DNA of 64,000 nucleotides from Callorhinchus milii. Its lineage: Eukaryota. A program made the translations under genes and the position numbers. Where the stretch lies: NCBI RefSeq assembly GCF_018977255.1, contig NW_024704742.1, positions 45,882,001-45,946,000 of the forward strand, read 5' to 3'. Position 1 is the stretch's first letter, and the number at the start of each line of letters is the position of its first letter. Below the pieces are notes generated by a model. It saw nothing but the letters and a program-made list of their open reading frames with translations, was not told the DNA's origin and made no database searches. This document shows, one piece after another, positions 23,375 to 36,241 of this stretch.

Positions 23375-24963
23375 CCAATCTATTTATCAGCTCACCAACT
23401 TTAATTCAGTTTTGGCATAAGATTTGCACTATACCCCGGCCAACAGCCACAGCCAGCAGCCTTGCACTTGCTTATCCCTCAAACAGACCCCGGCTTCCGT
23501 CCATTGCTTTTGCTCAGGCAGATTTGCTAGGAGGAAGAGCTTTGCAAATGCAGTGTGAGCACCTTCCTTTTGCAGAATGTCTCCGAAAGGGGAACTGCAA
23601 GAAGAAAGCCCTTAGGAGGACCACACAGCCAGTCCCAACCCACAGACCCCTTCTGCGGAACTCCTCTTGCTCCTCTCCCAACTTGTCAATGGCACATGCC
23701 CCATTTTCAGTCTGGGAGGCTGTTTATCAGGGCTTCCTCATCTCGGATTGGCTGATGGTCAGTCAAGCCAACAACTCACCTGTCTTAAAAGAAGATCGAT
23801 CCTTTAACTTTGAACTTTCTTCCGGTGTTTGTTTAATAATGATTTTTTTAATTTTGTTTTGTTTTATGTTTTTTGTTGTTTTGTTTCGTGTTACAGTATT
23901 TTGTATTTGTGAACAACACAGGGCTCTAACTATAAATCACACAATTTTAAATGGCACAAAATGTTCCTGAGTACAGTAGCTATTAAGTTTTACTCAGGCC
24001 CCCATCCCCAGAATATTTTCACAGTGAGTCCACCGTCAACAGATCTTGGAGCTGGAATACACATTCTGGATAAATTTCAAGATTTGGCCCTGTACTCCCT
24101 GCCTTTCAGTTTCATCATGAGGGCTTCATGAGGCATTAGGTCAAACACCTTGTAGAGCTCTTTAAACACAACATAGGTGAGTTTCTCCCTAGGCTAACAA
24201 CATCTCATGTAAAGCCACAATCTGTCCCACCTATTCCTCACAAGAATGGAAGCCAGCCTGATCCTACCTGATTAAACTGCGAGCCTCCAATGTATGTGAT
24301 ACATCTACAGTGACTATGTGAAGCATCACTTTAAGAACCACTGAAATCAGTGAGAACCCTCTGTAGTTCTCGATCTCCCAAGTGGATAGAAACCACAATT
24401 TCGCACTTGAACACTGATTAAATATATGCATCTGAGAGAGTTCTGCTTATCAGCGCTAGGAGGGCATCTCCAAGGCAAGTTGAAGGTTTTTGGCTTGAAT
24501 CTGTAAGATCCTCATATTCTATTTGATATATTTTTAACCATCTTTGTCACACAGCTAAACTCCCTGCTCCAAGTTACTTTCAATCATAACCGTAAGTATA
24601 AGCAATCATGGCAACCATTTGGGGAGTGAGATCTTGAAAATGAATAATAACAGGGTATAAGCAAGAGACTGGAGTTAAACTATATGATTTATTTAGAGTT
24701 CACAATCCTGTTTAATGAAAATTGTGCTGCAGTGCTAATAAACATGAAATCCCTCAATATTTGTGTAGTATTTTCAGCAGTCAAGAGGATAGGGAGAGAT
24801 TTCTCCATACCAACTCACAATGCATCCAAGATTAGGTCTAAAATGTCTCCAACATTGGAACCAATGCCACTAGTAAAACCTATATGCCAAGATAAAGAAG
24901 AGTTGTTGGACACCATTGTACTTGCTGGAAAAAAAACATATTTAGGATATAAAGTCAGATGTT

Positions 24964-25154
24964 AAACCTTGGCTCTTGCCAACCTGCACCTAATACTATC
25001 CGGAATTAGGTAAGCAGGGAGAGAGTGTGCATTCCATTCCAACAATCTATCTCTGGTATTTCCATGTGTAGGTGGGATACATGGAAATCTCAGATTGATT
25101 TGGAGACTCTAAGACATGTTGATGGGTTTCCACATCACCGGGACCAAAAAAAAA
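24964..25154 (+). mobile_element. unclassified A-tailed repeat (family C), copy 1
   Basis: Aligns with 38825-39030; hairpin 25053-25093; followed by A9. Confidence 0.75.
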
Positions 25155-26387
25155 GTGAGACTTCTCAATGCCGTGATGCAAATAAATTTTAAAATACAAT
25201 TTATTTTTTCAACTTTAAAAGTTGCATTAAAGTTATACATAAATGCACAGGAACAATAAAACAAAATCAAACCAAAAATAACACAGTTCACATCAGTGAA
25301 CCCACTACATGTAGAGTGCATCACAGAATAACTTCAAATGTGTTGAAGTTATCTGTCTGGTCACTAATTTAACTTTAGAGAAAATTGCTTAGTGATGTTT
25401 ATAATTTTATGGTCAATTGATTCCTTCTCATATGCAGCCAGAGCATGAGTTTGTGTTTCTGGAATAGTTCTCTGTAGTGTGAAGTTCTAAAGCATTAAAA
25501 ATACTTGGCAAGCTTTAGAAATGCCTTACAACAAGCAACATCCAAAGTGATGGAGATTGGAAAATCATCGGCAGAATCCACATCAGGTGATATTATCTTT
25601 GGTAATATCACATTGGATAGACTATGGTTAAAAGCCACAAATAGACATGACTGAGTTCTGTAGTGAACCTCACCCAATTTCAACTGAAGCCAGTAATAAA
25701 ATTGACTTATTTTTATAATTTTATTGGTCAATTATTATCAACTGTGATTTAATTTATTCAATTTTGATTGAATAGCTCAAATGTTTGCTGAAAGATACTC
25801 CTGGTTGTACAGTATTTATGTTCTACTGGGTTTTTGGTGTTTTCCAAAAATACCAGAAAGCATAGTCTATATCCACTGACCTACAATAATTAACAATTCA
25901 ACTGTACTTCAGTTAGTTAAGTAAATCAGGTACACAAAACTGGCTAAGGGTGAAAGGGTTATATAGTAAACGTGAGAATATAATTTTTTTTGGTGGATCA
26001 TGTTGTGAGTTGACCACTTGCATAATGAAAGTCCTTATGCTTGCTGTGTACCATCAGATTCAGTGACAGTGCACACATCTTTATATGGAACAATCTACCG
26101 ATCCCTGCTCTCTGGCAGAGCCTGCAATGGCATAAAATCTTTGATCTGTGACTAAATATTCTTCTTCACTTTTGGAAAAATTAATGAAGCTGCCAGGTCT
26201 CCAAAACAGTGCATCAGTCACCTCTGAATGCAGATGGCTACACTGTCTTGAGCAACATCACTGTAATCATCTCCAGGTACCTGGAAATAACCTGCAGCAG
26301 AAGCATTAATAGCCCAACAGAAACAGTAACTGAATGTTTACAGTGTTTGTGGAGAAAAGCATTTTAAAAAGTGAAAAAATACATAAA

Positions 26388-26770
26388 ATTAATCCTAACA
26401 TTTGATATAGCGCCTTTCATGTCAGGATGATGTCTCAAATCGATTCACAGGATTTACTGTAAAGTGTATTTATTGGTGAATCCAGCAGCTAATTTACACA
26501 CAACAATGTCCCACAAACAGCTATGATGTGAATTAACATTTATTTCTACTGGGAATAGTTGGCTATGACACAGGGAGAAAATCTGTTCTCTTTTTGAATA
26601 GCGCCATGGGATGTTTAATGTACATCTGAACAAGCAGACAGAACCTTGTTTTAACATTTCATCTGAAGAACAGCACCTCCAACAATACAGCACAGCCCAG
26701 CACAACACTGGATTGTCAGCCTAGAATATGACTTCCAACTACTAACAGACCTGAATAGACAACCTCGATT
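26388..26770 (-). mobile_element. Deu-domain SINE (family B)
   Basis: Tail CATTTGATATAGCGCCTTTCATGTCAGG; core GCGCCATGGGATGTTTAATGTACATCTGAAC. Confidence 0.8.
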
Positions 26771-29283
26771 CTGAGCCAGTCTGATATATATAAAAGTGAT
26801 TAGTCTATTAAGTAATCATAATTAGAATTTTAACTTAAGAACAGCAAATACCATTAGCATTGACCTGATGCCTTGTTAGGTTATGTTAGACCAGTGGTGC
26901 TGGGGTCAATTGAACACTCTGTTTGATATTCATCATAATGAATGTGCTGGAGATTCACATTGTTCTTGAAGAACCAGGTACACAGGTTTTTGTGAGTTTC
27001 TTCCACTGTGACACTGGCCACTTAGTCTGGTTCACTGCACAGAAAACAACAATAACAATTTACATTTATAAAGAGCCCTAGCACCTCTCACATCAGAAGG
27101 ACATCTCAAAGTACTTCACACAGCTGACTGGAACCTGAGCAGGAGTTTGGGGGGAGGGAGCGCAGGAGAATGGTAGTGGTGGGGGGTGGGGCACATCATT
27201 TCTATAGCTGATTTATATTGATATTGCCAAACTACAGTGCGAAATCTAGATTCAGAGACAAATCACACATTTGCCCATAATAAATGACATTTGAATATAT
27301 TATTTACGGTTCTCTCACCAACCGCAAACCATGTCACCCATTAATCCCTGCATTTATCTCAAAACACCTCACAAGGTATAACTGAACAATTACTGGATCT
27401 GAAAGTGAGCCACATTGCAGTATTCATACAACCAATCCATTATTAAAATACACTGTTAAAATGTGATCTGAAGTAGCTCCCTGGCTTCTGAATAATAGTA
27501 GCACCCAAAGCTGGCTGGAGATGTTCAAAACCACCATCCTGATTGTCACATATCATCAGGACTATGGTAGCCAAAGCAGGTCTTTCACTTGGCTCTTTAT
27601 AGGTATAATATTGTATAAAATAGCACTGAAAGAATGCAATCGGACCTCCATCTTTAAGAGCGGCTGTATTAAAAATCCTCAAAAATACTGGAAAATACAA
27701 TATCCAGGATGAATCTAGAGTGGCTAATAAGCAATTGTGATGTTGTTCCAGTTGCCAGCAGTAGACATACTGATATAATTACTTATAATAATCTATCGTA
27801 GAATAGCAGAGTTAATTAGTGACTGGCTGAACTCAAGTTATCAACACTGTGAAACCAATTAAACACATTGCCATCGCAGGATCTACCAGAGTAGCTGGCG
27901 CCAAAGATAAGGACTGAGGTAAATTAGGAACATAAAGAAAATAAAGATTGTAATTTGTTCAGTGGTGATTGAGGTCAATAATGAAATCGATAATTGCTTT
28001 ATACTCATATAAACTAATAACCGTAAATAAATATTAACATTCAAACACCCTACTGTGCATTGTGAGAGTGATGGAAAGCCATTTCCATAATAAACTTCCC
28101 ATTTCAGGAGAAACATCTAATTTTGACAGACGCAATATGAGTACAAACACTGGCTCAATAATACATAGCTTTCTGATTTTAATAGACTCTCGATTAATCA
28201 TAAAAATGGCAAAGCATGCCATGAATTCTAATTATTCTAAATTGTAATGTATTGAATCATTTCCCTTCTTTGCTTAAAAAGCAGGAGAACAATCAACCTT
28301 TTTGAGGATTTTTTTGCAACTTTTCTCCCTTCCGCCTCTACATATAGTGTTGATTCATCCTGGATACTAAGCTCCAAAGGTACTCGGTCACCCTACTCAA
28401 ACACACTTTTAATGTATGAGTCTAGATGAGGAGTATTTGAGAGTATTTATTTGACCTGGGGGTCCGAAATCACAGCTGAGCCTGAACCTATCTTTCACCC
28501 AATGTCTACACAAACATGCACATACTTTCCAGCTGTGATCATTGAATAATGATGTGAAACAGGCAATCTAACTGATATTTTCCATTCAAACCTTGAATAG
28601 TATTTGTAGACAAATAAGATTTGATGAAATGTTAAATTAATACAACTAACTTAAATTTGAGTTTTGGAATCATTGAAATCAAAAGTAGTTGAAATCCTGG
28701 AAGATATGGATGTTTATTGTACCATTCTTGTTTTGACTATTAATGATCAAAGATAATCAATTATCAAAGACTAATGAGATCTGCTCAGGGAGTACGTTAC
28801 CCAGTAGGGGGAATTTCTATTGGACAAATGACCCATGTCTATCTACATAAAGGAATCCCTAATTATTTAGAAATTGTGTCCACAAATACTACACAATAGA
28901 CCTCATTCAACACCACAGAATAGCATAAGACCTCTTGTAAGATCAACAAGACGAATGGTCTGAGGTGAGCAGTTATACAATAACCCAAACAGATTAACTC
29001 TACATCTACTTATCGAATAACTGCAGCTTGTTTTATTTTCATCTATTTCCATCTCCCTTGTTCTTCAAGGTCCTGAATCCAATATTACCTTTACAAAAGC
29101 TAATGTTTTCAGCAGTTATGTACACCCACATTGTGTAACAGATTACTAATCAGTGACAGTATCGGCAGGTATTTCAAAGTTAAACCTAAAGTTTTATTTA
29201 AAAAATTACTAAGAAAGTACAACAAAATAACAAAAAATTGAATTTATATAGCACCCTATATGTAAAATAATGTCTCGGAGTGC

Positions 29284-32200
29284 TAAGATGACTAACAACA
29301 ACAACAAAAACAACAAAATTCCATTTATAGAGCGCCTTTCACGTCGGGAGGAAGTCCCAAGTTGTACAGTTGGGTCAGGACCCGAGCAAGGGGGAAATGG
29401 TGAGGGTGAGGGGAGGGAAGGGAGGGAGCGAGGAGGGGGTAGAGAGTTGAGAGGGGAGCTGAAGGCACAGTCAAAGAGAAAGGTCTTGAGACCGGCCTTG
29501 AAGGAGGAGAGGGAGGAAGCGGCGAAGGCACTGGGGGATAGAGTTCCAGAGCCTAGGGTCTGAGAGGCTGAAGGCCCGGCCACCGATGGTAGGGCGGTTG
29601 GGGCGGGGGATGTGGAGCAGACCGGAGGCAGAGGAACGGAGGGTACGGGCAGGTAGATAGGGAGATAGTAGGTCGGAGAGGTAGGAGAGAGTGAGGCCGT
29701 TAATGGCCTTGTAGGTGAGAATGAGGATCTTGAATTCGATCCTCTGGGGGATGGGGAGCCAGTGGAGGCGAGCGAGGGTAGGAGTGATGTGGTCCCGAAG
29801 CCTGGTGTGGGACAGTACACGAGCTGCAGAGTTCTGAATGACCTGCAGCTTGTGGAGGGAGGTGCCGGGAAGGCCGGCGAGGAGAGAGTTCCCATAGTCC
29901 AGCCTTGAGGTGACAAAGGCGTGGACCAGGGTTTCAGCAGCGTGAGGGGTGAGGTAGTGCCGTAGTCTGGCGATGTTCCGGAGGTGATGGAAGGCGGTGC
30001 CAGTTGTGGCGCGGATATGGGGGAGAAAGGACAGCTCAGGGTCGAACAGAACCCGAGGTTCCTGACTGGCTTTGAGAGGTGGAGAGTGCAGCCTTGGATG
30101 CTGATGCTGTCAGTGCCTGAGGTGCGGAGGCGCTGACGTGAGCCAATCAGGAGGGCCTCAGTTTTGCACACGTTGAGCTGAAGAAAGTTGTCTCTCGTCC
30201 AGGACTCGATGTCGGACAGGCAGCTGTCAGGACATCGGTGGTCGTGGAGTTGAGAGTAGAGGAGGAAAGGTAGAGTTGTGTGTCATCCGCATACATGTGG
30301 AAGTTAACTCCATGTCTGCGGATGATGTCACCAAGGGGGAGCATATAGAGGGTGAAGAGGAGGGGACCGAGGACAGAGCCCTGAGGGAAACCGCACGAGA
30401 CAGTGCGGGGGCCAGAGGAAAAGCCGTTTATGGAAACAAAATGAAGACGGTGGGAGAGGTACGACCTAAACCACTCAAGGACAGGGCCTTGAAGGTTGAG
30501 GTGGGAGGACAAGCAGTGGAGGAGGATAGCGTGGTCGACCGTATCGAATGCTGCCGATAGGTCGAGGAGGACGAGAGGCAGAAGTCGCAGATGGTCAAGA
30601 TGTCATTGGTGACCTTGACTAGGGCGGTTTCTGTGCTATGGGCAGCACGGAAACCCGACTGAAGGGGTTCGAATAATGCATGGGTGGAGAGGAAAGAGCA
30701 CAGCTGGGAGGCGACAACTCTTTCAAGGACCTTGGACAGGAAGGGGAGGTTGGAGATGGGCCGGTAGCTTGATAGCTGCGACGCATCAAGGGAGGGTTTT
30801 TTCAAAGTGGGAGTGATGATGGCAGTTTTTAGCGGAATGGGAACAGAGCCACAGGAGAGGGACAGGTTGACGATGTCTGTGATATGTGGGGCAAGGAGGT
30901 GGAGCTGAGAGATAAGGATTGGAGTGGGGATGGGGTCAAGGGAGCCGGTGGTGGGTTTCAGGGACAAGATGAGTTTGGTGACAGAGGGTGGGGAAACGGG
31001 TACGAAGTTGTGTAGGGAATGATGGGTAGGAGTCAGAGTGTGGGAGGGAGGGGGTGGTAGGTGGGTGGAAATTGGAGGGGGAGTGACCGCGGAGCGGATT
31101 CCCTTGATTTTGGATTCAAGGAAATCCAGCATCTCCTCGCAATGAAGGTTGGAGGAGATGACCTGCGTGGGGTAGCGGGGGGAGACGGAGGAGTCGGAAT
31201 GTGGTAGAAAACAGACGCCTGGGGTTGTTCTTCGCCTCCAGGATTATCCTGGAGTAGAAAGACGACTTGGCCGAGGCTAGAGTGGAGCGGTAGATTTTGA
31301 GGAGGTCCAGACAGATTTGTCGGTGGACCGTTAGGCCAGATATAAGGCAGGTGCGTTCAGCGGTCCACATCTGGTTCTTCAGTGAGCAGAGGTGGGTGGT
31401 GAACCAGGGGGAGGAGCGAGAGTAGGAGACAGTACGGGAGGTGATGGGAGCAAGAGTGTCAAGTGTGGAGGAGAGGATGTTGTGGAGGAGGGTGAGAGGA
31501 GAAAAGGTGTCAGTGAGGGTTGAAGGCCAGAGGGAGAGGAGCTCAGAGGACTCCAAGGCAGTGGTTATGGATTGTGGGGGTAACTTCTTCCAGGGGCGGT
31601 AGAAGATGGTGGTGGGTCGGTGGAGTTGGGGAGGGGTGTGGCGGTGGTGAAGGAGATGAAGTGGTGATCGGAGACGGCCTTGTCGGTAATGGTGACATCC
31701 GAGACACTGAGGCCCCGGGTGATCACCAGGTTGAGTGGGTGGCCGTGACTGTGAGTGGGGGAGTTGATGTGGATTGAGAGTTTGAGCGAGGAGAGCAGGG
31801 AAGAGAAGTCCGAGAAGATGGAGCAGGAGGGTGTGAAGTGCAGGTTGAAGTCACCCAGGATGATGAGAAAATCAGAGCAGAGGCAGAGAGATGTAAGTAG
31901 TGTAGAAATAATAATCTAATAATAATAATCCTTGCATTTGATATAGCGCTTTTCATGTCGGGAGGATGTCCCAAAGCGCTTCACAGAATATACTATAAAG
32001 TGATTTGACTGTATATTTGTGGGCGAACGCGGCAGCCAATTGCACACAGCAATGTCCCACAAACAGTTGTAGATTGAAAATGACCAATTTATTATTGTTT
32101 TGGGTTTTTTGGAGGGATTATTATTAGGCGTGTGGAGTAAGGAAACTTGCCCAAGGTTTCGCCCTGCCTGGAATTGAACTCAGGTCTCTTGCTTGCAGAG

Positions 32201-32810
32201 CGAGTGCTCTAACCACTGAGCTACAGGACTGCAATATCGGAGATGAAGGTGGGAGAGGTTTTAGGGGGCCGGTAGAGGAGGAGGATTTTGAGTGAGAGGA
32301 AGGAGGGGTGGGAGAGGGCGAGGTGCTCGAAAGAGCCAGAGGAGTAGGGGGATAGGGCAAGTGGTGTCCTTGAGATAAGGGCTACACCACCGTCACGGCA
32401 GTTGGGGCGAGGGATGTGGTGGGAGGTGTAGCCGGGTGTTGTGGCCTCCGTGAGGGGGAAGGTGTCGCCTGGGGTGAGCCAGGTTTCCGTTAAGGCCATG
32501 ATGTCAACGCTCTCATCAAGGATGAGATCATTGATGACCAGGGCCTTGTTGCAGAGGGAGTGGACGTTTTGTAGTCCGATGTGGAGGGAGTGGTTGACAG
32601 AAGGGGTGTGGGGAGGGAGGGGTGTCCAGGTTGTGAGGCAGGGGTGGGAGGAATGGGGATGAGGGAGGAGAGGTTGGCTCCCCGGGTCTGTGTCCGGGGT
32701 GGGTGGCGAGTGTTGTGGGGAATGGGGCAGTCGGTGTGGCTGCTGCTGGACAGCCAAAGCCGAGTGCCACGGTGGGCCCGGCGGAGGATTCCGCCGCCAA
32801 AAAAGCATGG
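29284..32810 (-). mobile_element. near full-length young L2 LINE (APE + RT), frameshifted, with nested SINE
   Basis: APE: LQNVHSLCNK..DIMALTETWL (32221-32808), ILGDFN (~31845-31865); [44 protein letters not shown] (30147-31132); (CAA)n tail at ~29293-29316. Confidence 0.98.
31907..32232 (-). mobile_element. young family A short SINE inserted in the L2 endonuclease domain
   Basis: Removing it restores L2 TFISDI|STLLTSLCLCSDFLIILGDFN; AATA on both sides. Confidence 0.95.
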
Positions 32811-32894
32811 CTGAAGCAATGTTTTTTACAGTAATATTCTTCCTGATTTTACTTTCAAGTAAAATAAAAGTTTAAAGTTTAAAATATAAAGTCA

Positions 32895-33022
32895 CAGTTT
32901 AAGCCAGGATACTGGACTTATTTAAAAAGCATCTTGATGCTTTCAATTGAGGGTGGGTATTCTGATGAGATTGAATGGACTAAAGATCCTTCTGTATCCT
33001 ATCCAATCTTGTGATGCTGTGG
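32895..33022 (+). mobile_element. CR1-type 3' end
   Basis: TTTAAAAAGCATCTTGATG..GATGAGATTGAATGGACTAAAG..CCAATCTTGTGAT, reverse of the CR1 tail at 11223. Confidence 0.65.
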
Positions 33023-34184
33023 TATCAAATGTCATATTATTATTGTAATTCAATGTGGCTTGACATAGAGTATTCACCTTTGTGTGAATGTATTTAACTT
33101 AAATTTCTGCTCTTCAACCTGAAGTCTGTACTTCAAAGGAACCACAGCACAAGTGAGCTTACCTCACTTCAGCTTGATCTTCACCATAATGGAGTTTAAA
33201 TGATTATTGATCATTGACGATTAAATTATTGGATCTGTTACATAGAAAGAACTAATGTATGTTTGTTATCCAAGGTGAATTTACAATGGGTTCTACAGTT
33301 TAAAATTATGTATATATTATGTGTACAAAAGACATTAAAATCTAAGTTTGCTAAAGTGTGTTGATGTTCTTGGATAGAATCCAGAGAACAGAGGACAACA
33401 CCAACAACAATGACAAAATACATTTATATAACATCCTTCACGTAGGATAATGTCTCGGAGCTCTTTACATGCAGGGGACGGATGCCGAACAAGGGAGAAG
33501 GGGGAGATGAGAATAGGCGCAATCGAAGAGGTCGGTTTAAAAGTTGAATTTAATGATAGATAAATATAGACCAAGTAAAAATGTTACAAGGAAGATGGAT
33601 ATCGAAAAAGAGAGTAATATTCATAAACAGAGGAAGAGGAAAAATTCTGCTGAAATAATTTGAGCAACCAAGTGTAGAACCAAATGTACAGTAGTTATAT
33701 AATCTCTGTGTGAACTAGGGCAACTATAAAAGATCATCAAAACTAATAGAAATTTAGTATAATTGTATTTTAATTTACAAATTTATTACAAGTGCACAGT
33801 TACTACGTTTTACATTATATCCTGTGAAGCACTTTGGAATGTCCTCCTGACATGAAAGGCACTCTACCAAATGCAAGGATTATTTATTATTATAATTGAC
33901 GTGCATTTAGGTTACATGAGTTTAGATGTGGATGACTTGTATTTTAGAGCATAGTTAATTATTTTACATCTTCTTGTGGGGCACGGAGGCATGACTGTAG
34001 TAGTGGTACAATTGTTACAAGTTACCCAATGTCAAGGACTTTGGCTTTATATCTGGCTGATTACTAAATGGACTGCCCACTACCTTTGAAGACGCAGAAA
34101 TTCACCTTTGGTGTAATTCATCTCCATTGAAATGAGTCATCATTCAGTTCAATACATTTGAACAGGGTACCATTGCCATTGTAT

Positions 34185-34676
34185 AACAACAACAACAACA
34201 ACAACAAGATTCCATTTATTGAGCGCCTTTCACGTCGGGAAGACGTCCCAAGGCGCTGTACAGTTGGGTCAGGACCCGAGCAGAGGGGAAATGGTCAGGG
34301 TGAGGGGAGAAGGGAGGGAGCGAGGAGGGGGGAAATGGTCAGGGTGAGGGGAGGGAAGGGAGGGAGCGAGGAGGGGTTAGAGAGTCGAGAGGGGAGCTGA
34401 AGGCACGGTCAAAGAGAAAGGTCTTGAGACCGGCCTTGAAGGAGGAAAGGGAGGAGGCGGCGAAGGCACTGGGGATAGAGTTCCAGAGCCTCGGGGCTGA
34501 GAGGCTGAAGGCCCGGCCACCGATGGTAGGGCGGTTGGGGCGGGGGATGTGGAGCAGACCGGAGCCAGAAGAATGGAGGGTACGGGCAGGTAGGTAGGGG
34601 GATAGTAGGTCGGAGAGGTAGGAGGGAGCGAGGCCGTGAATGACCTTGTAGGTGAGGATGAGGATCTTGAATTCGA
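34185..34676 (-). mobile_element. young L2 3' fragment with ~44-bp tandem duplication in the 3' UTR
   Basis: (CAA)n tail; near-identical to 1503-1955; GGGGAAATGGTCAGGGTGAGGGGAG..GCGAGGA repeated at ~34285-34375. Confidence 0.95.
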
Positions 34677-35619
34677 GTTATTTAATAATAACAGTTATTT
34701 AAGCACATTGGACAATTGTGTTTTGCTGATTTACTATATCTATATTATAGAAGACCTTCTTTATTCTTCTGCATTTTCTTTAGGTGATATTTTAATAGTG
34801 ACTAACTTACAGACCTACACTTCTGCAATGCTCGATGACTTTGTGCCACATAAGGCTGACTGAGATGCTATACTCTGTGCCTCTTGCCACAAGGATTTCA
34901 GTTTTAATGTGATTCTGCATGTTAAATAAGATAAAGTGGTAGCATAAAGGGGAAGAAAATAAATCAGGGAGAACGACAGCCCTTGTAAGGTCCCTAAGCT
35001 TGTGTCAAATTGAAGGGTTCATGAGTTTAAGTTTAAGCGATGACATTTGTCTTGCAGAATGTACTGACAGTGGCTCAATCCCATAGTATTTATGTGAGGT
35101 AATTTTACTGTGTTTTAGGCCATTAATTTTAGGCTGTCAGGATGGACATTGAGAGCAATGAACATGTAATGTCATCCACATTTCAGAACTTATGATGGCA
35201 AAGTAATAGCTGCAGGTTTGCAAAGTAATCATCAACAATTGATTCCCGGGAAATGACAAGTCAGGTACTATTACTAATTGCAATGCAAGCTTGTGTTGAA
35301 TTCCTGAATACTATAAATTTAAGGACCATTGAAGTTGTTTTTATCCATAAAATAAAAACCTAGGTATTTTTCAGGATGTGTTATATCAACAAATGAGAAA
35401 GAATTGAGGAGAAAAGTGTTAATGCAAATTTTTTTTTCATTTGTTGAAAATAGGTCAAAAATCTCTAATTGATTTACACTTTCTGGTCATGTTAAAGATA
35501 GGTTTTCACAGATCCATTTTAAACAGTGCCATCACTTTCAAATTGCCACCAACAAAGGCGAGCAGTCCTGGTGCCAAGAACACATTCTGAAGCATGTTAC
35601 ATTCATATCACTGATATCA

Positions 35620-36035
35620 GGATGTAGACCTCATATAGTCTCGGCTGATACTCTAATGCAGTGCCAGGCGTTCTCTGTGGTATTGAAAGCAAAAGATGAG
35701 GCGTTAAACTGTGGTCCCATCTCCCTATTCAGCTGGACGTTAAAGATTCTATGACACTATTTGAAAAGAGGAGATAGTTTCTCCTGGCCAACAATCCTAT
35801 AGATAAAATTGGACTTTCGCCTTTTTTTAAAGAAAAATCCAGAAGAAGCCACTCGTGCAATGGATGTCAATCAAATTTGTCTTCATTCTCCATGATTGCT
35901 CATCGCGGGACATGCTCTGGGCAAATCGGCTGCCGTGTTCCGCTGCAATCACTACACTTCAGAGTATATCCTCTGAAGTCCTCACTGAAAGAAAAGGCGT
36001 TATATCAAATGTAAAGATTATTATAAAGATTATTT
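35620..36035 (+). mobile_element. Deu-domain SINE (family B)
   Basis: GATGAGGCGTTAAACTGTGGTCCC..GGACGTTAAAGATTCTATGACACT..CCTGGCCAACAATCC; L2-like tail. Confidence 0.8.
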
Positions 36036-36074
36036 GATATTTTCTCTACACAGTCACAGCGTTCAGAGGATTTA

Positions 36075-36241
36075 ATAGTAATAATCCTTGCATTTGATAT
36101 AGCACCTTATCACGTCTACAAGACGTCTCAAAGCGTTTCACAGAATATACTATAAAGTGACAAGACTGTACATTTATGGCACCCAAAGTTTCGCCCTGTC
36201 CAGAAATTGAACCCGGATCCTCTTGCTTATAAGGCGAGTGG
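36075..36241 (-). mobile_element. family A SINE with large internal deletion
   Basis: Tail joined directly to CCCAAAGTTTCGCCCTG..TTGAACCCGGATCC..GGCGAGTG head. Confidence 0.8.

Noticed and set aside
23991..24097. Possible ~100-bp palindromic MITE (CAGGCCC..GGCCCTG)
   Set aside because: The inverted match is short and patchy, with no second copy in the window.
26190..26370. NADGYTVLSNITV segment resembling an Ig C1 strand
   Set aside because: Bounded by stops, lacks the canonical Cys/Trp spacing and splice sites.
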